Assembly: GCA_030390025.1 (NCBI GenBank)
Contig: CM059432.1
Location: forward strand, 145,268,001 to 145,332,000
DNA length: 64,000 nucleotides
Direction: 5' to 3'
DNA from: Squalus acanthias
Lineage: Eukaryota
Positions within the stretch are counted from its first letter, which is position 1; each line of letters begins with the position of its first letter. Positions 24,201-33,444 of the stretch are shown here, piece after piece. Position numbers and translations under genes: made by a program. The notes below the pieces were generated by a model. The model was not told the origin of the DNA, searched no databases, and saw only the letters and a program-made list of their open reading frames with translations.

Positions 24201-26552
24201 TTACACTGCGCTCTCATCGTGCACGCGCACGTAACGTTCTCGCCACTCTCCCGTGTTCTCATGCTTGGTGAGGCGCTTGTCTCTTTTACAATGTATGAAC
24301 AAAAGGTATACTACAATAAACACTTGACAGACGACTAAAATGTGGGAGGCTATTCTGACCCATGAGGGCACTTCAATATTGGTGAACAGATTCCACCACG
24401 GTGGAACCACTATGTCCAAAATGTCTGTACCTATCTCGACAGTTTTCTGCTCTAAGGTATAAAAATGCTTTTGTGACACCGCGACGGCTTTCAGAAGTTT
24501 GATTAAATGCTCAGGGAGAGGGGGAATGAGGTACCCAAAATGTGCGACAAATCGCTGCAAGTCGGTAAAATTCTCTTTTACTGTGAGATGAACAGTGGAT
24601 GGTTCAGGGATTGGGATAATTCGCTGTTGTGCTACTTGAACTTCAGCCCTGGGTTTAAAACAGAAACTGCTGTCACTCACCGGACACCGGCTACGGTTTC
24701 CATGCTGGTAGTGTTGCGCTGCAGTGGTAACACAATATGTTCCACCCCCGATGTATGCTACCTGCGGAGGCACATGATCTTGTGCCATTGCCTCCATGGT
24801 GCAATTCATGGACTTGGCGCCAGCCGTTCTGAACCCGCACTGTGGTGTTAAAAAGGCATTCAAGTGCTGGGGGCACAGTATTATGTGTGCTCCCCTGCCA
24901 CGACAACCAGAGAGATCTGTACCTGTCATCGTTTGCTCCCAGCGGATGACGTAAGGTGGAACCGCTGCATAACGAATGTGGGCTCCCCCCTGAATGACAC
25001 CAATGTTCTCTACCCGATATACCGGGGCGGGCTTTGCTGTGTTGCCCAAAACCGGCATGCGTAATACTATTCCCATAATAGTATGGTTTGAACGTCCGCA
25101 GTCCACGGGGACTGGGTAAGCTTCTGAAGCTAGCCTGAGCTGGCACGGACTTAATGCGTTCTGAAAAGGGTGGAGCGCCCGCAGGTGTTTGTTACTTATC
25201 CAGGACGGGACCAAACCTTGTTTTAAATCCTCCAAATTACTGCGGCCCTCGCCCAGTAACCACGCCCCGTAAAGCACGCACACCTCGTTCTGCGCAGCTT
25301 GATCGGATGCATTCCGATCTTCCCTGATCAGGGCATTTACCGTACGCGCATGTTTCTCCAGCTCTGCTATAATTTCCTTTAAGTGTAGTGTCATGGCTTG
25401 GTCCTCGTGCAGACCTGACCCTACCACTTTATTCTCGTCTGTAAGAATATCCTTTAACTGTGTTTTTAAACCATTAATCTGGGTCTGCAGCTCCACACTG
25501 TCTAGAGCGTTGACCACAGATGTCCCTGTATTAAAGGCAGTGAACGCATCGTTCACCAAACCCCTTCTTTGCCTCCCTACTTGGTCCAAAACTTCCTGCG
25601 GTGCGGTGTATAAACTTGTCTTATCAATTTCTGCAAAATCAAACTCGTAAAATTGCCTGAACATCTTGGTCAACAGGACCTGGTACAACTGTTCCGTCTT
25701 TTTGGGGCACCACTCTGGTAACCGTACCTCAGTGAGATTTAAAATCACCGAGGCCACCGCGTAATGTACCCCCTGAAATAGTATCTGGTCTGTGGGGACC
25801 AGTACCAAACCGTTCCCGGGTCCCTTACTAGTTTTAGGGCACCCCTCTTCCTCAGTTAGAACTACCGGAATCGTGGGCGGGGCTTTGCGTGGGCGCGTAA
25901 TGAGCTCAGTGGCATTTACTGGGATCGGAGAGTATGGGGCTCCGCACCCCCTGGTGCTCGCATCCCACCTCATCCCCTGTCCGTTATCCTGCCACTGGTT
26001 AATAAAGAATATGGAGATGCCTTTGGGGCAAACGTACTTTGACCCCCACATACAAACATAAATCCCCTCATCCGGTTCCCACCATTTGTCCCAACAGACT
26101 TTCACTTGTCCATCTGTCCCCGTAATTGTCCGATGGGTATTATTACCCAGTCGCTCCCACTCAACCGAAGAGTTCCTCATAGTTTTGCTCAGCTTTTGCA
26201 GCCACCACCATCGGCTCAATGGGACATTCCCACTGCAGGTCAAACAAATCCGTTTGCCGACGGTGACGCTGATCCTGGGTGCGATGATCCGTACTTTGGG
26301 GCACATTAAAGAAGCCTCTTTGTAGGCGAACCCCGATGTGCTGGAATACTCCGTTGAGTTCGTTCCCAGCCATCCTGGCCACCTTCCCTTGTGGAAATAG
26401 GTGCTGGTCCCCTCTGCCTTCCGTCTTCCGGTCCCATCCACCGCGATGGGGGCCGTGTCCCCGGAACATCCAAACACCACGACATCCTTGGTGAGGCCCC
26501 GATAGGCCAATCCACATCCGATTGCCACGAGCAATACTAGAAGTCGTTCCAT
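24201..26552 (-). CDS. env: Envelope / class I fusion glycoprotein (783 aa) with N-terminal Ig-like domain
   Basis: Signal peptide MERLLVLLVAIGCGLA; Ig motif C106...W...DEGIYVC167; furin site RQRR followed by GLVNDAFTAF; heptad repeat; Cys-rich F-like region; TM ILVVCQVFIVVYLLFIHC; short tail. Confidence 0.88.
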   Translation of the reverse strand: MERLLVLLVAIGCGLAYRGLTKDVVVFGCSGDTAPIAVDGTGRRKAEGTSTYFHKGRWPGWLGTNSTEYSSTSGFAYKEASLMCPKVRIIAPRISVTVGKRICLTCSGNVPLSRWWWLQKLSKTMRNSSVEWERLGNNTHRTITGTDGQVKVCWDKWWEPDEGIYVCMWGSKYVCPKGISIFFINQWQDNGQGMRWDASTRGCGAPYSPIPVNATELITRPRKAPPTIPVVLTEEEGCPKTSKGPGNGLVLVPTDQILFQGVHYAVASVILNLTEVRLPEWCPKKTEQLYQVLLTKMFRQFYEFDFAEIDKTSLYTAPQEVLDQVGRQRRGLVNDAFTAFNTGTSVVNALDSVELQTQINGLKTQLKDILTDENKVVGSGLHEDQAMTLHLKEIIAELEKHARTVNALIREDRNASDQAAQNEVCVLYGAWLLGEGRSNLEDLKQGLVPSWISNKHLRALHPFQNALSPCQLRLASEAYPVPVDCGRSNHTIMGIVLRMPVLGNTAKPAPVYRVENIGVIQGGAHIRYAAVPPYVIRWEQTMTGTDLSGCRGRGAHIILCPQHLNAFLTPQCGFRTAGAKSMNCTMEAMAQDHVPPQVAYIGGGTYCVTTAAQHYQHGNRSRCPVSDSSFCFKPRAEVQVAQQRIIPIPEPSTVHLTVKENFTDLQRFVAHFGYLIPPLPEHLIKLLKAVAVSQKHFYTLEQKTVEIGTDILDIVVPPWWNLFTNIEVPSWVRIASHILVVCQVFIVVYLLFIHCKRDKRLTKHENTGEWRERYVRVHDESAV

Positions 26553-26836
26553 CCTTCCTTGGTTCCTGTGATCAGATAGAATGAGGTAGCCAGCCTCGCA
26601 AAAGGTCTCTAGCTTTTGTGAAGGGTGAGCGGGTCCCCTGACCTCGCCTCACGTAAACTTCAACGTTTGCTAAATAGACTTCCTCTAAACCTAGCCTTAA
26701 AACTCCCATCATTTTGTCGTTATCTGTTAAAAACACTACAAACTTAACCTTATTAAAACTACTTAAAACCTTAAACTAAAACTTAAAACCTTAAACTAAT
26801 AACTTTACAATGCCGCCCGTTCTCAGGGCGGCCCCT

Positions 26837-27997
26837 TTAAATCCTGAGAAGGCTGCTGCGAGCTCTTCCCGACGGTGGGAGGGCACTGACCCTTCCCTCT
26901 GATCTGCCGCAGCCTGTTGCTGCGCTGACCCTTTCCTCTGATCTGCCGCAGCCTGTTACTGCTTCGATGTGGCCTGTCTCTACCCGGGTTATCTTAACCT
27001 GAAACTTACGCCCTGGGGCAGCCTGTGGACCTGACCACATCCTCCTGGGCTGGGGTACTCTGCTTGACCTACGGGGAATTGCTATGGGCGGGGGCTCCGT
27101 GACGGACGGACCGGGTCCCGAGACCTTCAACGGGATGACCTGGGGTTCCATCACAGGCGCCAGCCCCGCCTCCGCTGACTCCGCCTCCCTAACCTCGGGG
27201 CTGGCAGTTCGGGGCCCCGCCCTGCTCGGCCCAGCAGGCGGCCCTTCACTCGTGAACTCTGCCTCCCCTGAGGACTGGACGTTCAAAGCGGGCGGCCACA
27301 CCTCTGGGAACCACATAGCGGCTGGCCCGGCCTCCTCTAGCTCCTTCCTCCTGTTGTCGGGACCTGCAGCTTGTGTGTCCACCCCGTATGGATCTCTACC
27401 TAGCGGCCCCAATCCTCCCAGACCGTTCCTCAGGAACCACCCGTCATCATCACTATGCTCATCTGCACTATCCTCATCTGACCAGGGTACCCTGGGTTCT
27501 TCGTCATCTAACCCCCAACTCCAGAAAAACGCTGCATGATCGTCCGGGATGTCCCTTCCCCTGATGCAAGCTGCTATGCCTGCCTGTGTGCCTTGTGGTC
27601 CTACCTGGGGCTGTGCTTCCCCACTCGCGGGTCTGGCCCCTCCCTTAAGACAGGCCACCGCCCCTGCTTGTTTCTGTGAAATCTCACCTGCTGGAGGCTG
27701 CAGATTTCTATCCTGTTTTAAATCCTCATACTCCCTGCTCCTGGCTACCCTGTAGGCTGCTTTTATCTCTCTAAGCTGCCCTTCTAGCCTGAGCACGTCT
27801 AACTTTCCCATTGCTCGGGCATTCTCCTCCCGCAGGGCCTGCTCTCTAAGCTGCCCTTCCAGCCCATCTATTTTCCCTATTAAGCGGGCGTTCTCCTCCC
27901 GCAAGGCCTGCTCTTTTAACCTGGCCTCCTCACCGCAGACCCCCTCCTGTGCGTGTCTTTTAAAAGGACACAGGTAGGCAGGCTGCGTGGGCTCTAG
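26837..27997 (-). CDS. Readthrough extension ORF in frame with gag (~386 aa), coiled-coil plus disordered, no Pol motifs
   Basis: The 93 nt between the gag TGA (28000-27998) and the TTG-initiated ORF at 27904 are open and in frame (LEPTQPAYLCPFKRH...). Confidence 0.7.
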   Translation of the reverse strand, partial: LEPTQPAYLCPFKRHAQEGVCGEEARLKEQALREENARLIGKIDGLEGQLREQALREENARAMGKLDVLRLEGQLREIKAAYRVARSREYEDLKQDRNLQPPAGEISQKQAGAVACLKGGARPASGEAQPQVGPQGTQAGIAACIRGRDIPDDHAAFFWSWGLDDEEPRVPWSDEDSADEHSDDDGWFLRNGLGGLGPLGRDPYGVDTQAAGPDNRRKELEEAGPAAMWFPEVWPPALNVQSSGEAEFTSEGPPAGPSRAGPRTASPEVREAESAEAGLAPVMEPQVIPLKVSGPGPSVTEPPPIAIPRRSSRVPQPRRMWSGPQAAPGRKFQVKITRVETGHIEAVTGCGRSEERVSAATGCGRSEGRVSALPPSGRARSSLLRI

Positions 27998-29809
27998 TCA
28001 TTGGGTACTTTTAGACGGTCCTGCGGCACCTACGGGGCCGGTTGCGACCGCCACCTGTCCACGCGCATTCAAGACTAGCTTGCGCATGGCTCCTAACACT
28101 GCTTCGAGGTCGTCGGGAGGGGTGGGTGCCTTGGCTTCCTTAGCCGGGACAGGCGCCTGGGTTCGGACCGCGGGATTTTTATCCTTGGAATCCTTCCAAG
28201 GGTTCCTGCAGTGCTTGCGCCAGTGCCCTGTCTTCCCACACCCGTAACAGGCATTACTTGCCTGTGGGGCGCGATTACCCTCCTGATGCCACTCTCTTTG
28301 AGTCGGGGCTGCGGGTCGTACCTCATGTACTCTTCCCTTAAAGGGACGTGTCGTCATACCCCTTATGTTACGGTAACCCAACGTAAGTCGATTCAAGACC
28401 GACTCTTCCGTAAGGTTGAGGTCATTGGGATCGAACCAGGCTTTTGCCTGCTCTCTAACGGCTGGTAAACTGTTGGCTATTATGCACCTAAGCCAATGAA
28501 TTAAAGCGGCGCCTTCCACATCTTCGCGTTCGGGCGCACCTAGACAGCTGCGCTCATATACTGGCCACAGCCTGTCGGCAAAAACCTTCGGGGGTTCTCC
28601 CTCCATCTGCACTGTCTGTCCCACTCTAGCAAACGGACCTCCGTCGTTCGCTCCCACTACTTCTAGGACCTCATTTTTCAATTCCTCATAACTTTTATTA
28701 CCCCTCTTGCTATCGCCTGAGAGACACTGAAGGACCGAGCTATCTAACGAGAACAGCAGCATTTTTGCTGTCTCCCCATCATCGCAGCCGTTGATGGCTG
28801 CGGCTTGCTCAACTTCCCTAAAATGTACGGAAGGGTCGTCTATCTCGGTCAGCTTCCTTACGTGGTTTATCATGGCCCTCAGCTGATGTGAACTGTGAGG
28901 CAACACCAGCTGTCCGAGGAGATCCCCCGGTTCTTCCCCACCGTTCCTGCTTGGGCCCCTTTTAATCCCCGTTACTGGATACAACGATCCCTTTTCTACC
29001 TCCTTTTCAACGGGCTCTTTTGCTTCTTCCGTTGCTTCCTCCCTAACCCAGGTTTCCGAATAGCTGGGTGGCGCGGAGGGCGCAGTGGCTACTACTTCTT
29101 CTGCTTTACTTGGTGGGGAATTTCTAAATCTCTCATTTACTAGCGGCTGGCGTGCCGACGGATTAATAAGGCACACCATGCCGTTCGCATTATTCACGGC
29201 CTTTTTGAGGCTCTCTATCTCTTTTTCGCAGGCGCTATGGTCGGCTCCCTGAAACTTATCCTCAAGGGCCAACTTATACGCCGACCTAACCCCCATTAAG
29301 CTCTCTTCTTGAGTTCTTATCTGGGCAGCTTGACGGTTACATCTTTCCTTCATCCTACTCTCGTTTAATTTTGCTTCAGTGATCTGGCACTCGAGATACT
29401 CTACCCTTGTTTTAAGGTAACTGGAGACTTCCTGGCTTTCCTGGCGTAACTCATGTAAACTCTTAATGAGCGCCTCCCCTCCAGAAACCTTCTCCTCCAT
29501 TTCCTCCTCTAACTGCTTGATTCGAGCGGTTAGCGCTGTATTGGTCTGGTTTGAAATCTGAACCTGCCTTTTGTAGCACATAAGCCAGACTGCTTTCTCA
29601 ACTGCCTTTTTATGCTCCTTACTATCAGTCCACCTTTCAGCTGCCTCTAGTGGGCTCTTATCCGCTAACAATTCGCTTATCCACTTTTTCGTTAGATTAA
29701 CCTTTCCAAATACGTAATCCGCTATCTTTTCCTGCATCACATTTCGTACAGTCATTCCAAAATCTAACACACTACCCTCTCGCTGCCAGTGTCCTGCCGC
29801 GGTCGCCAT
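27998..29809 (-). CDS. gag: Gag-like protein (603 aa; true start may be a downstream Met)
   Basis: Coiled-coil N-terminal region, PSAPPSY late domains, MHR-like QMEGEPPKVFADRL, CCHC knuckle CYGCGKTGHWRKHC. Confidence 0.88.
   Translation of the reverse strand: MATAAGHWQREGSVLDFGMTVRNVMQEKIADYVFGKVNLTKKWISELLADKSPLEAAERWTDSKEHKKAVEKAVWLMCYKRQVQISNQTNTALTARIKQLEEEMEEKVSGGEALIKSLHELRQESQEVSSYLKTRVEYLECQITEAKLNESRMKERCNRQAAQIRTQEESLMGVRSAYKLALEDKFQGADHSACEKEIESLKKAVNNANGMVCLINPSARQPLVNERFRNSPPSKAEEVVATAPSAPPSYSETWVREEATEEAKEPVEKEVEKGSLYPVTGIKRGPSRNGGEEPGDLLGQLVLPHSSHQLRAMINHVRKLTEIDDPSVHFREVEQAAAINGCDDGETAKMLLFSLDSSVLQCLSGDSKRGNKSYEELKNEVLEVVGANDGGPFARVGQTVQMEGEPPKVFADRLWPVYERSCLGAPEREDVEGAALIHWLRCIIANSLPAVREQAKAWFDPNDLNLTEESVLNRLTLGYRNIRGMTTRPFKGRVHEVRPAAPTQREWHQEGNRAPQASNACYGCGKTGHWRKHCRNPWKDSKDKNPAVRTQAPVPAKEAKAPTPPDDLEAVLGAMRKLVLNARGQVAVATGPVGAAGPSKSTQ
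29791..29808 (-). other. Primer binding site, tRNA-Arg(UCG)-type
   Basis: TGGCGACCGCGGCAGGAC on -, complementary to the vertebrate tRNA-Arg(UCG) 3' end GTCCTGCCGCGGTCG-CCA as I recall it; 5 nt from the LTR. Confidence 0.8.
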
Positions 29810-29813
29810 TTTC

Positions 29814-31400
29814 TGTAAGGGATTCTCTCCTGACCCTGCGTGTCTCGTAGCCTGTGAGATTCACGCGGCTCTGTGCAGCCTGTATGTCAGTGCGGGTCTA
29901 GGCCTGGTCTCCAGCCAGTCTGGGAACACTAGACACCCCTGTGAGTGGTTCGAATCACTCTCCCTTACGGTTCTAGACACTGGACTTAGATGCGAGAGCA
30001 GTAATGGAGATAAAACTCATGTAGACTTGGTTTGAACGGTACGAAATGGAAAATCTTTATTGCATGATACTTAAAATTATGAAATACATGTCATATGCAC
30101 AGATTAATGACAGTACAATCTTACAAACAGTTATAATCACTCTTAGGGAAACGAGGAACGACCAGCACAACGTAAATAGGGCACACATTACAAATATCCT
30201 TAATCTTTAAACCCTCCCCTATCAATGTCTGTTCTAAACTAGCTTCGTAGGATCCCGAGACTCATGCTCACCACTCGTAATAACTCGGAGAAATCCCGAA
30301 TAGCTGATCGGATGTTTTTCACCGCAGCACCCACGTGTTGGTCAGGAGATCTCCTGGTCCCACTTGTTTACTGCTTTTGCTGCTCGGTCAGTCGGCTGGA
30401 CCGTCCGCTGTAGTGAAGACCTCTGTTGGTTGGATACAAGGTATGGTGGAGCACCGTTGTCAATATCGCTGATACGATGTGTTTGCACAGTCCACTTATC
30501 ATCGATGCAATATGTCTTGTTAAAGAAGAAAACTTCCTGTCGAGAAGACTTGGCTGATCGACCTACAGGCGCGGTCGGGATCTACTGACCGTGGCGATGG
30601 ATAAGGTCTTCTTCTCTTCTCCTCTCATCTCATCTCATCCCGGGCCTTCGGTTCCGCTGCCAGCTACCAACATAGGTCTTTGCAACAGTCTTTTACACAG
30701 GAGCAGCCACGATGATAACAGCAACAAGCGGCAAGAGTCAAGAACACGAGGCAAGAGCAAGAGCAAGAGGCCAGAGAGCGAATGGACGGTTTGGGGCCTG
30801 CAATTATAGTGCACAGTTCTTCCGTTTCCCGCCCAACTACAATGTCCATTCTTTTGTTTACGGTTTGGCGCCCAAAATGTCCTGTATGGGTGATCTCCGT
30901 CCTTAATGGGTTTCGGGGCTACTCATGAATGTTTGAGTACCTGCTAATATTTCTCCCATTGTTAAATCGGTCGGTGTTCCCCCTGGAGGGGTTTGGGGCT
31001 TCCAAGTGTCCTGTATAACTACCTGCTAACGGCTCTCTCATCGTAGAGCCGTTGGGAGTTTACATATTAATGTCCTTTGGATGGGCCCTTGATGGCTTTC
31101 CTTTGTACCTGGGAGACCGATTCCAGTATCGATGTTTATACTGTAAACCCATAATGTCCTGTGTATTGTCTTCACTGTGCTGAATCGTTATCGATCCTGC
31201 AAAAAATGTTTATTGGAACGCCATCTTGTCTGCCTGCTGAAAAGTCTAGAATGTTCTGTCACGAGGTGCGGCGGCCATTTTACAGGCTGCTTGTGTCCAA
31301 TTTAAACCTGACAGCATTCCGCTGAAATAAAAGCTGTTTTGAACGAAACTTTGTGTTTTCTCCTTATTAAAATGAAATCGCGATAATTGCGAATTCTACA
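29814..31400 (-). repeat. 5' LTR (1587 bp)
   Basis: On - it starts TGTAGAATTCG and ends CCCTTACA, next to the PBS. Confidence 0.95.
30802..30808 (-). promoter_or_regulatory. Candidate TATA box (TATAATT) in the 5' LTR
   Basis: Followed ~20-30 nt downstream on - by pyrimidine-rich CCATTCGCTCTCT (Inr-like). Confidence 0.45.
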
Positions 31401-31939
31401 AGAGGCAGAGAAGGTGAAAGAGAGGCAGAGAGGGTGAGAGAGAGGCAGAGAGGGTGAGAGAGGCAGAGAGGGTGAGATCATGGGGGATGAGGATCAGAAG
31501 ATGTGTAAATGGACATAGCGCTGGAGGAGGTCACAGAGGTAAGGAGGGGCGAGGCTGTGGAGGGGTTTGAAGGTGAGGATGAGTGCTAAAGTCAATTCTC
31601 CGGGAACTGTGTAGCCAATAGGGTTTGGTGAAGAAATAAGTCTTTAATGATAAGTTATAAGAAATGTAAGCAGTATCGAAAAGGTAAATCTGGAAAATTG
31701 CTTCTGTCTGAACTGTGACAGTACGATTGCGGAATCGATATATAGGATAAGGTAACTTGGCCAGTGCTCATCAGAAACCAATCAAACACGATGGCAATGC
31801 TCTCTGAGCTATCCTGAGAGGTACCACAAGAGGGCAGCACACGCTGAAGTCCAGTCTGAGGGGCAGGCTGCCTCCTGCCCTGTGCTTTCCCATCTTTAGA
31901 TAGTTCAATCGAGCACACCCGGATTTTGTTCAATTGCGA

Positions 31940-32395
31940 TACACACCTTGAAATACGGACCCTGCAATACACACCCTGCAATACGGACCCTGCAATACAG
32001 ACCCAGCAATACACACCCTGAAATAAACACCATTTAATACACACCCTGAAATACGGACCCTGAAATACGAACCCTGCAATATAGACACAGCAATACAGAC
32101 CCTGAAATACGGACCCTGCAATACACACCCTGAAATACGGACCCTGCAATACACACCCTGAAATACGAACCCTGCAATATAGACACAGCAATACAGACCC
32201 TGAAATACGGACCCTGCAATACACACCCTGAAATACGAACCCTGCAATATAGACACAGCAATACAGACCCTGAAATACGGACCCTGCAATACACACCCTG
32301 AAATACGGACCCTGCAATACAGACCCAGCAATACACACCCTGAAATAAACACCATTTAATACACACCCTGAAATACGGACCCTGCAATACAGACC
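31940..32395. repeat. Compound ~14-bp-subunit minisatellite (CCCTGAAATACGGA / CCCTGCAATACACA)
   Basis: Visible tandem subunits with higher-order repetition. Confidence 0.9.
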
Positions 32396-33318
32396 GTGCC
32401 AACTGCTTTCGCCAGATGTGATTTGGTGGATTGGAAGGACCCATATCGCTATTTATTGTTCAAAGCATTGACTAATAATAAAAATAGAAGTGCATTAATG
32501 AATTAATCCTTTGACAACAGCAGTGACATCGCGGCAGCATTTTAAAAGGCTGAATATTTCTGGGGAATAAAAGTAATTAGATTTTAACAAGTAAACTGAT
32601 GCGTGTATTAGGTGAGGCAGCTGTAATTTCGGTTGTGCTTTGACATGTATGTGGTCATTGTACTTGGACATTTTTTGTGTCCTTACAATTAGAAGGGTCA
32701 TCGACCTGAAACGTTAACTCTGTTTCTCTCTCCACAGATGCTGCCTGACCTGCTGAGTGTTTCCAGTAGTTTCCAGTTTTTATTTTAGATTTCCAGCATC
32801 TGCAGTATTTTGCTTTTGTTTTACAATTAGTTCACTCTGGACCATGTGAATGAAAAAAGGCTGCAATGTTAAGATCTGCTTTAATGGACCTGTGAAAACC
32901 CCCTAGTTTCAGCATTGAGCGAAGTAACAGAATCTGTAGCTGCCTACTTTGGCCTCCGAGAATCTGTAGCTGCCTACTTTGGCCTCCGCCTCGCCCAGTC
33001 AGCCTCCCCGGTGAGACTGGAACACTCACACTTCATACCCCAGCAGTAATCACAGCTCCGTGCAGTTACACTGTAAATCCCAGCCGATGATGTCAGACCC
33101 CGCTGTCACTCAGGCTTCAGCAACTGTTGAGATTTACACTTGCGATGCTATCAGAGTGATTTAGGTGCAGGGCGATCACTGATGAAACCTCAGCTGCATT
33201 GATGTGGAGAACAGGATGGAGATTGATTCAACATTTTTCAAAGAGTGTTAATTAAATGTTGCACAGCTTTAGGTTAAGAGGAACCCTGGCAATGGCAGAG
33301 AAATGTCTTCTTCTGTAG

Positions 33319-33444
33319 CATGATGTGGAGATGCCGGTGTTGGACTGGGGTGGACAAATGTGAGAAGTCGCACAACACCAGGTTATAGTCCAACAGCTTT
33401 ATTTGAAATCACAAGCTTTCGGAGCGCTGCTCCTTCGTCAGGTG
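33319..33444 (-). mobile_element. Penelope-type short insertion with hammerhead core
   Basis: Reverse complement of the 10470-10595 unit; flanked by TGTAGCA direct repeats. Confidence 0.7.

Larger units (their letters stand above)
22192..31400 (-). mobile_element. Pol-less gag/env-encoding retrovirus-like LTR element (endogenous, non-autonomous)
   Basis: 1586/1587-bp TG...CA LTRs, AGAG TSD, PBS, PPT, three intact minus-strand ORFs, and no PR/RT/RH/IN motifs. Confidence 0.92.

Noticed and set aside
31655..32444. Cys/Val-rich ORFs
   Set aside because: Minisatellite translation artefacts.
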